A stretch of DNA of 64,000 nucleotides. Origin: Paraphysomonas bandaiensis. Its lineage: Eukaryota > Protista > Chrysophyceae. Of the stretch, positions 24,564-36,271 are shown in pieces. The notes under the pieces are model-generated. The model made no database searches. It saw only the letters and a list, made by a program, of their open reading frames with translations, and was not told the DNA's origin. Made by a program: the position numbers and the translations under genes. Position 1 is the first letter of the stretch; every line of letters begins with the position of its first letter. The stretch covers positions 248,001-312,000 of the forward strand of contig CBFFRP010000263.1 in NCBI GenBank assembly GCA_965644295.1, written 5' to 3'.

Positions 24564-26138
24564 CTAGCTTGGTCTTCTCCTACTTCTATGTCCTATACTC
24601 AATTTACCTCGATGACTTCTGCTCAGTATAGAAGATTGTTGCGCCAAAACTTTATTGGTATTTTGACGACTTCTACTTCTGGTAAAAGAGGTCTTTTTCG
24701 GCTGTTGATAGAACTGAGCTTGATACTTGGCTAACAGTTCTTGAGTGTACGGAGAATGTCTGGCCTTTCCTTTACAACCCCCGCCCCCGCACCCATCCGC
24801 TACGTATTCTTCAAACGACCCGTATACCTTGTTACCAGGGTGCATACGTGGTGGCGAAGATACATTACACTCTTGGCCTAGAATCTTACGAAGGTTGCGC
24901 AGATACTGCTCCGGAGTGTTGAACACGGGTACATATGGATCCGGCGGTCCGCGGCTCTTAATTTCCAGTATGGTGTCTCGTAGCAATGTCAGATTAGTTA
25001 TATCTATAGTGTAGGCATACGGGGGACGCAGATAGCGTTCAATAAAGGGGTGCTGAGAGGAATAGCGAAAACGAGTAGGTTTCCCCTTCACTGTGATCGG
25101 TGGGACCAGCACAGGGTTAATGAAAGGTGTGCCAAGAGCTATAGCTTCAAGAGGAGTAGGGCCATCTAAAGGCTGCCCAACCCCAAGCAGGAAGCTGCAT
25201 GAGCCAAGGAGTTGCAGATATTCATCTTTGTTCATATGACCATGATTAACTACAGGGTAGTCAACACGGACATCCAGCTTCTTCTTATACGTAGTGTGGA
25301 GAGGAGGCATTGCGAGAGCTGCAGCGCGCAGAGTTGGAGCAAACCTCTTCACATACCGTGGTTCCTTTGCCCACAGCAAGCCACCGGGTGTATTCTTCGG
25401 CATGAGAGAATGACGGGGCGTGATGAAATATACAGGAGAATTACTACCGTCAAACTCATAGGGAGTAAGTATGCGCTTTAGATCAAGCCCGCGCTGGGTG
25501 TTGAATTCTGGCTGGGTTCCAAATCCGTCAATTATGAAATATTTACAATGGCGTCGGGGAAAATCTCCGACATTCTCAGCTGTACCTAGCCCATCATAGT
25601 CCGTAAGGACTACGTCAAATTCTTGACCACGTACTACGATCCAGAAGTCGACTATTGTACTGACTACAGTTACATTATACCCTAGCGCACCCAGACCTGA
25701 TACTAGATCGGCCCATATTACAAATTCTCCGGCCGGCCCACCAGCCAATGCAAGGTTTTCCATGTCCCAGTACGCCACCCACCCACAATACACGAGCGCT
25801 TTTTTACGTAAATGTGGCGGCTGGATAAGACGCTCTGTAATAGAAAGATTCCGCCATAGAGACTCTTTACTGAGCACATTTGCTGTTAATAGACGATGAT
25901 AGCGAAGTGAATGCAGCAAATCATCAAACCAAGCATCATGGTAGCTAATATATGATATCATACTGTTATTAGTCTCTACAGATTCTATTGTTAAGTTGTA
26001 TGTACCATTTCTAAAATTTGATAATATGGTGGCTTTATTATGACTTAAAAATTGTGTTTCAGTATGAAAAGCTACCCATAACTGATAGATGCATACTGTG
26101 AGAGCAGTTAGCCATAGCAGTAACTTGTTAGAAATCAT
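24564..26138 (-). CDS. GT18 (MGAT5/GnT-V-like) alpha-1,6-mannosylglycoprotein GlcNAc transferase; intronless
   Basis: GGPAGEFVIWADL, DGFGTQPEFN, NHG, G.G.P.DGPTPLEAIA.G.PFINP, SQHP; type II TM anchor. Confidence 0.9.
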   Translation of the reverse strand: MISNKLLLWLTALTVCIYQLWVAFHTETQFLSHNKATILSNFRNGTYNLTIESVETNNSMISYISYHDAWFDDLLHSLRYHRLLTANVLSKESLWRNLSITERLIQPPHLRKKALVYCGWVAYWDMENLALAGGPAGEFVIWADLVSGLGALGYNVTVVSTIVDFWIVVRGQEFDVVLTDYDGLGTAENVGDFPRRHCKYFIIDGFGTQPEFNTQRGLDLKRILTPYEFDGSNSPVYFITPRHSLMPKNTPGGLLWAKEPRYVKRFAPTLRAAALAMPPLHTTYKKKLDVRVDYPVVNHGHMNKDEYLQLLGSCSFLLGVGQPLDGPTPLEAIALGTPFINPVLVPPITVKGKPTRFRYSSQHPFIERYLRPPYAYTIDITNLTLLRDTILEIKSRGPPDPYVPVFNTPEQYLRNLRKILGQECNVSSPPRMHPGNKVYGSFEEYVADGCGGGGCKGKARHSPYTQELLAKYQAQFYQQPKKTSFTRSRSRQNTNKVLAQQSSILSRSHRGKLSIGHRSRRRPS

Positions 26139-26645
26139 TAATTTATCTTCCAGTAACACTGGAATTAAATATTCATTTGTAATATCTAGATATGTTGTTC
26201 ATTGTGTTGGTTATATGGAGGTTATGTTGGCTATATGTGTACACCATGATACAGCTGTGTGACAGTGGTGCTGTGGTATGTATGTATGAGATCCCATATA
26301 CTGTATATGATATGGAGAAATGCATACCTATAATCAGTATACTGTCCAGCTGCTGTATATGGTCGTAATCCGAATGAAGGTTGTGAGATGAATAGATATC
26401 GGGGATATCATAGAGGGTCAGCAGTATTCCTTGTATAGACCATAAATACCAGGGATTCTAGAAGCTATAATCCCTACTTTTGAATTTCATATCCTAAATA
26501 TCCCTATATTTTCTACAAGAGGTGTGTGTAAATCCATCCATCTAAACAGCATATACATACATAAGAGACCTTAACGACCATAAGACTTAAAGGTACCACC
26601 CTCTCCTCCTCCATATAAATCTATTATCATATAAAGATATTCATT

Positions 26646-29636
26646 ATGACAAATAAATCAAATAATATACGTATGATATCAGTTGAAATTGATAAAGATA
26701 ATGATACTAATGAATCTTTCTATGACTGGTTTATTAATAAAATCAATGAAATGTTTATAGAGAATATACCACTAGAATCTATTAAAGAATTACAACCACA
26801 ATTTATGTATATATTTGGGGCTGTATCTTATATACTTAGTCTTGGTTGTTTTATATATTTTTGTTATTCTGGTTATTCAGAAGCTCGAACTAAATCATAC
26901 ATTGCTCTAAACAATGATGATGGCGAGTGTACTACAGTCCCTAAAGCAGTTTCTGGTCAATGGTTAGCGTCTTATGATGGTCTTTATACTGGAGATGTTG
27001 ATTTCCAATACCCTCTGGCAGTGTATATGTTGGAGTTTGAAGATTTCAGTAAGAACTCTCATGAATACAAAAATATCATGGATGAGTACAAGGCTGAACT
27101 CAAGAAGATTGGCGAACTTGCTTTGACTCAGAATCTAGCTGATAATATACTGTATTGGGTTTCCTGGCAGGTGCTAGATCGAGAGGAGGGTGAGGTACTA
27201 GTTGTAAGTGTAGGCTTTGGAGCAAGGTGTAACATATTTGAATAGGTTCGGCGCTTTCAAATGAATGCGGATCCTCGGTCGGTGTTTGATAATGAATACA
27301 TATTTGGGCAAATGGCAACTGTGAATGCCGAGTGCTACGTATCAACGTCCACCTCGACATTTGATAGTGCCAATGCCGTTATGACAAACAGGTATAGTTA
27401 CAATGACTTTATGGCCACAGAGAACTGTTCGGTAATAAATCCCGAAATGTTCGGATATTCGGAGCGATTTCATGGCGATGACTTTACAGTGTCGCTTGAT
27501 GTTAATACTGCTATAACGGCTATTGCAGTAAGTATCACTACGCTCTCCCAGTTAAAGTTATTTGTTGACTGACTGTGTGAAGGTAAATAAGGGCATCCTA
27601 AATGCCACACATCTAGAAGAGATTCAAAGTAGCCGATACTTAAACTTCACTCAGCGGATCGATAACCGTTTCCCCAATATGACACCTTTAATGTGCATTG
27701 ACCATGCCAACATATGTCTTCTTAAGATCGGTAAGCTGATAGTGGCTCCCGTGTACAACCACTTCGGTTCTCTGCGCATTAACCAACCATGTGTTTGCTC
27801 CGACCACATGGACCCGTACTGTAATGTATTCGACTTTATGATTGGCTTCCTATATTATCCCTACGATGATGCTGACCTTAGTGCCAATGCCCCCGATTCT
27901 GATGGATTTTTGCACTCAGTGAACCTCCTCATTGAGCTGCTTAATATCCGCCCCTTCGTAGAAACGAATGCTATGGCTTTCAATGCCTCGTGGGCTTCTA
28001 CGGCCTCAAACCCTACTGATGATATATATAAAAAGGAATGGCGAGATGCTGCATACGAATTTTGTCTTATAAACGGTACCTATTGCAACATCGCCATGTT
28101 CAATTCATTTGACTTCAACAACCACTATGTGTCTTCCTATTACTATAATATCATTGATGGTGCATGTCGAGATTCCTTCAATATTGCGGAAGATGATTGG
28201 GAGCAACTCAGAAATAACCCACCAGTAGGACTTGTGGAGAGGTACTACGAATGTGTGGCCACACCTTTGCAGGCCATATTTGTCAGCATTGGAGTTGCCG
28301 CGGGAAACACTGCTACTTTAGTGCCAATAGCAGTTATATGCATGCTCCCACCGCTCTATATATACTTATCGGTATGACTACAATCCTCTTGCTCCAGTGA
28401 TTACTTATCCTATTACTTTTAGCTCTCAGGTAACCAACCCAAGAAAGATGAATACGATGAAAAAGATTTAGAGGCAATGCTGAAGGCCCTATCTCTATTG
28501 CTTCTCAGGGTATCATTATTCATCTCGGTACTTGACTTTAGTCACCGCTTGTGTAGATCCGAGATGGGAAATTACGTGGCATTAAGAAGGACGGCGTGCT
28601 GGTCAAAATTAAAAATGAAATACTGAAAACCGCCAAAGTTGGGGGGGGGTACGAGGATAGTGATGACGACACAGGTTGGGTTCGTTTATTTTACACAGGG
28701 TATCATTGGAAGTGACCTTTTTGTGATGCAGATGACGAAGGCGGGGAAACGCTGCAATCAGAGTCAACAGATAACGAAAAGCCTAAACCGATTTCGTTGC
28801 AACGCAAAATTCTTGGCTCTAACTCCCGGGACTCTTCAAATCAACCGGCTAGTTTTTGGAACTCAATATGTACTTGACAGTATTCTGATGATGCCACTAT
28901 ATTAATATTTTGCTCACTAGTGGTAGGAAACCCTCTATGGTCTGATGAAACAAGAAATTCCTCTGAAAATAATGCTGTTGAGATGAAATCAGCACGAATG
29001 TCTGATGCCAGCGGCAATGGTGAATTATCTCTTGCGTATTTTGATGTCGAGTGACTGTTCTACGATGTTAGATATGATTATTCTCAATATTAGTAAAGAT
29101 GTCTCCAGAAAAAGCAATTCTGTTGGGACAATGGGAGTAAGAACGTACGAATCCACATATTTCGTGTTCGCATGTAAAAGATTTTCGTGTTTGCAGGATG
29201 CTGAGTTTTGTACAGGACCTTAAAACGGCTATGGCCAAGGCAGTAAGAGTGGTAGGGTACGATGGCGGGAAAATGGTGTATATGCATGCATTTAAGCTTT
29301 CTACTCAGCTCTCCAATGTCGACACTGCAGAGCTAGATTTGTTTTACCTTTCTGACCCTCAAACTGCCCGGGATATGCTGCGGACCTTGCACTCAGCAAT
29401 GGAGCTGCACGCTGGGCTGGATTTAGATTGTGACCCCAAGACTCTGTCCCCACAACAGCGTGATAGTTGCGCCTACATTATTGGTACTTTAGTACTGACG
29501 TTAAGTGATGTGAGTCGTCTTCTAGTGGAAGGTACGTTTATTTACAATCTTTTATGTGGATATAGCTACTAATGTATTGCTTATAGGAAATTGTACGACT
29601 CCAGTTAGAATGGGAACATGTTTATCTAAGATGTGA
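26646..29636 (+). CDS. Uncharacterised multi-exon membrane protein (two TMs flanking a Cys-containing extracellular loop, acidic cytosolic tail)
   Basis: Consecutive ORFs joinable by canonical GT-AG introns; TM segments near 26800 and 28270-28370. Confidence 0.65.
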
Positions 29637-30057
29637 TCATAGAATTCTTTCATGATTTCAACGTTCTTTCACATATTTAGATTTGCGTACTATCAGTAAC
29701 GCATGCACATGCGCTATACTATTGCGGAATGTGTTATGATGTACTCCGCGTTGCCGAAGAAATAGACTAGTATCCGCCGCCGGATGAGTATCATAAATTG
29801 CCTAGTATGAGAAATATAAATAAAGTGATGGTCTACTGTGTAGTGTGTGTTGCGCTAGCGGTTAATATTAAATATGCTATACAAAGATTTCATTAAATTT
29901 TTGATTCAAATCTTTTATACGAATAAAAAACGCAATACTCCAACTCTATTGGAAATTTTGGTAACTTGGCGTTGACAATCAATGCATTGCGCACTTTAAT
30001 CTAGTGAATCTATACTGTGATAACAGGGGATATTCATACCTAACGTCGACTGCCGTA

Positions 30058-33000
30058 TCACCGCCTCTGATGTTTCAGGTTCGAATATGACACATATGTT
30101 CCAACTCTACATATAACAACAACATATTAACGAAGTGAACTACAGAGTAATCCCACACCACCTCAGCACCGTGATGAATATGAACAAGGCTAGAACATCG
30201 TAGTATCGGTTGTCGTAACTCCAGTCGGGATAGAAATCTGAGAAAGCGATATAAATCAGTGTCGCGTATTCATTAACCATATACCTGCAATATACTCCTC
30301 CGCGGTAGTTTTCTGGCCTGTTGTGAGAGTGACTTCTGTCCGGTCGTTGTGAAACTGAGTGAAGTTTATACCCTCCAGAGCGTAGTGTGTGGGGTTGAGG
30401 TAATACATGAAGAGCCAAAAATCAGGAAAGTCGTCAGGTTTAATCATAAAACCAGCGAACAAAGAGAGAAGAGTTGCAGTAATCCCGCTCGCAACTGTAT
30501 TGTTACATTAGCGCATACTGCTTTACGTCAAAAGATAAATCCTATAGCACCTGTAGCAAGGGTCTTAGTAGGAAAAAATGCTGCAAAAAACTGTCCCATG
30601 TGCACCAACACCCCAGTATAGAGAGACTGGAATGCCCATAACCAAAAAAACTTTTCAGTCGCACCATATTTGTCAAAACCAACAATGTAAAAGAATGGAA
30701 GAGTAAAGGTAAGAGCTGCAACCATAATGTAGGGAATCTGACAGAATCGATTTTTTTATAAAAGTCAACACAGACTTGAAATGGTAATCACTAACCTCAA
30801 CAATACTGGCAGTGATTGTATAAAGCACAGGAGAATACATCCCCGAGCTCTGCTCGCGGTAGAATGCTTCTCGCTCAGCAAATGAAACTGGAATGACTGA
30901 TACCATGCTCACGAGCCCAGAGAACAGAATCGTTATGAAAAATACAGACGTACGGGCAATTACATCCACCTCCTTCCAGTACACCTGGTCTGCGTACGCG
31001 GAGGCAAAAACAAGTGCTAATGTCGCACTAATCCACATACGGGACAAGTTGTAATTTGGAGACCTCCAGTACACTGCCCACCAACGACACATTAAATAAC
31101 GAACCTGAGTAAGTCGGGAGGTATTGTACTGTCTTTTTGAAATCGCGAACCAATCATTTCGGTTATTTTCAGTTGCTTTAATTTCCTCTTTAATTGCTGG
31201 AAATATACGGCTTCATCAGTAACCACGCACATCACAAGTGTACACTCACCATCATCGTTACCACAATGCCTTTCATATGACGTATCCACAACTTCACTTG
31301 CGCAGCACATAGACTCCAGAACAGTCGTATTGTAATTACAGAGACAGGAATCGCAGTAGCGAGAATGAAAATCAATAGTACTAACTTCGGCGTTCAAGAC
31401 GTCGAGCATCCAAGTCGCCGGATTATAATTCGCTTTTAGAGGTCGTGAAGGTACAATACCTTCAAAGTATGCCTTTAGCTTGGAACTGTTCTCTCCAAGG
31501 CTGCCAAAGTATGCCGTTGTCCCCCCTCGTTGCAGGAGCAGCAAGCTATCAAATTGGTTAAAGATACACAGTGAAGGCTGGTGGATAGTACAGACTATGG
31601 TCCTCCCACTATCTGTCAACCTCCGTATACATCTCATTACTGATGTAGCGGAACGCGAGTCTAGACCACTTGTGGGCTCATCTAGAAACAGGATGGCTGG
31701 GTTCGCTGTAAATATGCGCGTACATAAGTAAAAACAGTCTATGATTGACATTAAATCATGCACCTGCTAGTTCCACAGCTATTGATACACGCTTGCGTTG
31801 CTCCACAGACATTCCTTTACTTCCGAGAGTACCAATCATGTTATCAGAAACTTCCTGCAGCTCAAGCATATTCAAAATTCCCTCCACCCAATCCCGCATG
31901 ACTTCTCTTCCTACTGTTTCCATACCTTTTAATCGCATAGCTGCAGAGAACTCCACTGCCTCGCGCGCTGTGTCGTGAGGTGCAAGGGTGTCAAACTGTT
32001 CAACATAGCCCATAACCCGTCGAAATTTCTGCTGATTCTTTGGCTTTCCATTTACAAATATACTTCCCGTGACCTTTCCAGTATTTTTTCGACCGCTCAG
32101 CACATCTAAAAGAGTAGTCTGTCGTGTACAATTACTGCACAAATCAAGATATTGGTGAACTACTACCTTGCCAGCCCCACTCGTACCCATCAGGGCAGTC
32201 ATTGTCCCGGGGCGGAAGTAGCCCGATATCCCTCTCAGCAAGTCTAGTCTTTCGTGGTTAGGAAGCTTTACGGTAAACCCTACGTTTTTGAAGGCAAATA
32301 CCAGTGGATCGGGAGGAAAAGAATTGCTATATAAGTTATTTTCATCCTCCGTTGATCGATTAGTGACTGTGTGTTGGTGGCGTCGTGGTGGTATCGGACT
32401 ATCTTCTCTCCGCACTACCATGAGCAATACTTGAGTGACTAATAGCAGGAATACGTACTCCCCAATTAGGACAAGAAATGAAATCCACACCCAATGCTGA
32501 GCAGTGGGGTTTCCATTGCGCTCAAGAACCACATCTCCAAACCTTTCAGTTTGACTGCATGTGGGCGTAACGCAAACATTGAAATCGTAGTCAGAAGCTC
32601 GAAATTCGTTCACAGCTAAAGCCTTGAGGTTCCATGCCACGGGATTGAGCCAATAGAGCCAAGTCCAGTAATCTGGAATACTTGCTTTTGGAATAACATA
32701 CCCTGAAAATAGAATCATCACTACCAAGGACACACCACCTACTGGCTGAGCGACAGACTCTGAAGAGAACAAGCACCCCAATACACGAAAGTATTGCGAC
32801 ATGACCACTGACAGTGCAAATATTATTAAGTTGAACACAAAGAATCGACTCCAACTATCTGAGTCAGACAGTCCTACTGCGAAGTATGTGATACCACAAA
32901 ATAGAAGCACCTCTAGTGCCATTAGCGGAATATGCACCAGAGTCTGGGAAATAGTGAAACAGGAAGTCGGGTAGTATAGTGACGCGCTTTGCTTATAGAA

Positions 33001-34813
33001 AATGGCACGCTGCTGAAATATCATGGGTATCATAGCCATACCTCCCAGGGCACACTTCAGGGAGGCAAAAAACATAAATCCTGACATTGTCTGCGCGTCA
33101 GTCACATCCAGTGAGTGGAAGAGACTCGCGGCGATACCGCCCACAACTACTTGTTGAAAAAGACGTGTGCGAATAAACCGACGATCCCGGGCAGCTAATT
33201 TTCCAAGATGCCCTAGAAGCAGGGTAAATGAGCTAAAATACCCTACAGCGAACATCTCCCTGCATTCATCAGGCCAGTCAAAGCTACTGTGCACATAGCT
33301 GGAATCCGTTTCCGACATCAGATTCGTGAAAGCCTCCGATTTCTGCCAGACACCGGCAAGAGTATGAGAGCAGACACCTTCCGGCCAAAGTTCCTCTTCT
33401 CTGTACGAATCTGTGTCTCCAGTGAGAACGCTCATCAAAAAGTCTGACGTATCCACCGTAGGGGGGCAGCGTAAACCAGCGTCTTTAAAATAATCCAGTA
33501 CGCTAGAAACTTGCCCTAAGTGTGTGGTAAGTAAAACGCATTACCTCTTAGTGACCAATATACCGTGATATACAACCCGCCCTTCTGTAAGCAACACAAC
33601 CTCGTCAAAGAGCTCAAATATTTCCGGGGAAGGCTGAAATCTAATCAATTTTCAACATTTCTAAAAATATTCAACATGTACCTGTGCTAGACTGGCAACG
33701 ACAGTCACACCAAATGCATCACATGCCATGCGCACTGCATTCATTATGTCAAACGCAGACGTAGCATCGAGACCATTCGTAACAGAATCCATCAACTTCA
33801 CTGGTCTGGGTGCCATTAAGCTCTCTCCCAGCGTCACTCTGCATGCCCAAAGTAGAAACACAAACTATTACTGATGGTTATAGAATACAGACAAATGGAG
33901 GTCACCTCCTTCTCTCCCCACCACTAACTCCACGCATCAGCTTGCCTCCTACATAAGAGTCTCTCACATTATCAATGCCTAGTATTTCCATGCATCGTTG
34001 TATCTGCGAAAAGGCAAAGTCATATAGGTGCGGACTGCAAGAATCAGGTACCTTGTAGAGATGGGGATCCAATGCATTCAACTGCCGAGCACTATCAGCG
34101 TCTTTGGCAATCATATAACTGTGATGTCCCCCTGTGGTAGCTCGCCAGGCGAATTCTAGTGTCTCTTGTACGGTTAGGGTAGGGTATAGATTTTCTAATT
34201 TCTCAGTGTATTCTGTAATCTTCCGCACAAGGAATTCACCACTGCTTTCAAAACCACCATTGTATGCTATACTTCCTTCCAGCTGACGTGATGTCGTTAA
34301 ATGGCCAGCCAATGCCTTGAGAAAAGTCGTTTTTCCTGACCCAGGCGGCCCTATCACCAACGTCATCGTGCCCGCTTTTATACGACCAGAAATATTATCC
34401 AAAATATCCAGTCTCTGCAACTTTTCACCCTGTCCTAGCATGTGTAATACAGACTGCCAGATGCTAGGAATACTTGAGAGAGCCTCCGGTACCAGAGTCC
34501 AGTAGGTCAGGTTTTTATAGGCAATAGACACAGATAGCGGTCGACGCAGCTCTTTCATAGTCTTCATAATCTCACTCAAGTTCTTCCTGCTTATGTCTTG
34601 TACTCCCATTTCATCCACCAGTGGCACCACTGGAGATGGTTGATGTAATCGCCTGACTGGTAGATCGATATTATGCTCACGCAAAGCAGCTTCGAGATCT
34701 GCTATGTACTGCTTATCATCATACCCAAGTACATCATCCGACGTCGTATCCACATTATCAACATTAGAATGAACAATAGAACTATCGGGGGGTGAGATCT
34801 GTTGTAATTCCAT
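30058..34813 (-). CDS. Full-size ABCG/PDR transporter (NBD-TMD)x2, multi-exon
   Basis: [59 protein letters not shown]. Confidence 0.95.
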
Positions 34814-36271
34814 GGCTTTATCAGCCTCAGTAAGATGAAATTAATTATGACCACAGCCTTTTAATTATTCTTATCATCATGTTGACATATACACAAAATT
34901 GGCATACTTCTCTTCATCATCACTTTTTCCTCACTTCATGGACAAGAGATTTCAGTTTGTTAGTATGTACATGACGTAGAACAACATCCTCCAGTTGAAC
35001 TTGAAGTTCAACAGGAGTTGAATTTAATTTGACACTTCAATTTATTTTGTGCATAGAATTACGGGGGAGTGCTATTTTTTCGAGTTTTGGAATTCTAGGC
35101 TCATTTTTCACCCCTTCCTAAAATTAACCTAACTTTTTCTCAAAATCCAATAAATTTACTTTTTATCTTGAAAAAGCCATATTTTAGCACCAGCACAACT
35201 ACAATGCAAGCAAATTCAACTGCCCACACTGCTGTTCAATAGACATGGACACATGTGGCATCAGATTTATAAACTACTAAACAGTATATTGCATTTCACT
35301 TCAAGTTAAGTCTAACTTCACCATACTATATCAGGGACGAGATTCTCTTTCCCACCATTCACTAGGCACCTAGCACCAGTGAATGTTCGTAGATAGGCCT
35401 GGAGATAGTGCTTGAAAGAGCCCCAATGTTCAATATCCCGGGCTCTAATTTCCCTTCCTCGCCATCATCGTTGTTGGTATCATAGGTGCCACTTATATAA
35501 TTTTTGAATAGTTGTGTTGTTGCCCTAACTTGCGGGTAACAATTTCCGAGAGCATACACAAGGATGGTACGAGGTGGAGCGTTTACTTTGTAGTATATTT
35601 TGCCTGGTAACATATGTAACACTGAGACTGTGAGCTGTCATTTCAGCAGCTCATTACAGTAGTTGCATACTACTTATTATACTTTGTAAATAATTAGACA
35701 TACTAGAATGTCAAGACGGCAATTAATAATTTACAGTGCTTGTAATCACTTCTAATATTGATATTGCAGACTTGATGAGCTATGTAGTGTAGACTTTCAT
35801 ATTTATCGTAAGGCTCTGTAAGCTATAAACAGAAATATATAAACATCACTTCCATTCATTGAAGGTCTTGTTTTGGTATTCGTGTAGTCTACCGTAAGGA
35901 CACACAGTGATTTCCAACGTAAGCTCATATTGGTTTAGTTTAAAGCTTTGCATTATCGCTAGGGATTACGTACGGCTTATTTGCTTGGTCCTTCCAACTT
36001 CCATGCACGAAAAACAAAAGTATTCTCTATCATTCAAATATATAAGATTATTTACAATTAACTATCACGTACAAAGTATTATATTCCTCGTTCACGTTAG
36101 GTCCATGGAGAGTATCATTTCGCTTCATACAAATACATTCGAACTTGTTTCCAAAATTCTTATTCATAATCATACCTGAGGAGTCAGATAATGTCAAATC
36201 CTCCGGGTACAATATAATATGCACATAATTTAGAAATGTAGCAGAAAAATCGTTGACAGAAAAGTACCACG

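Noticed and set aside
35059-35189. PPT-like TTACGGGGGAG followed by TGCTA..TAGCA
   Set aside because: Short, single copy, no TSD or internal domain; could be the ABCG promoter A/T core
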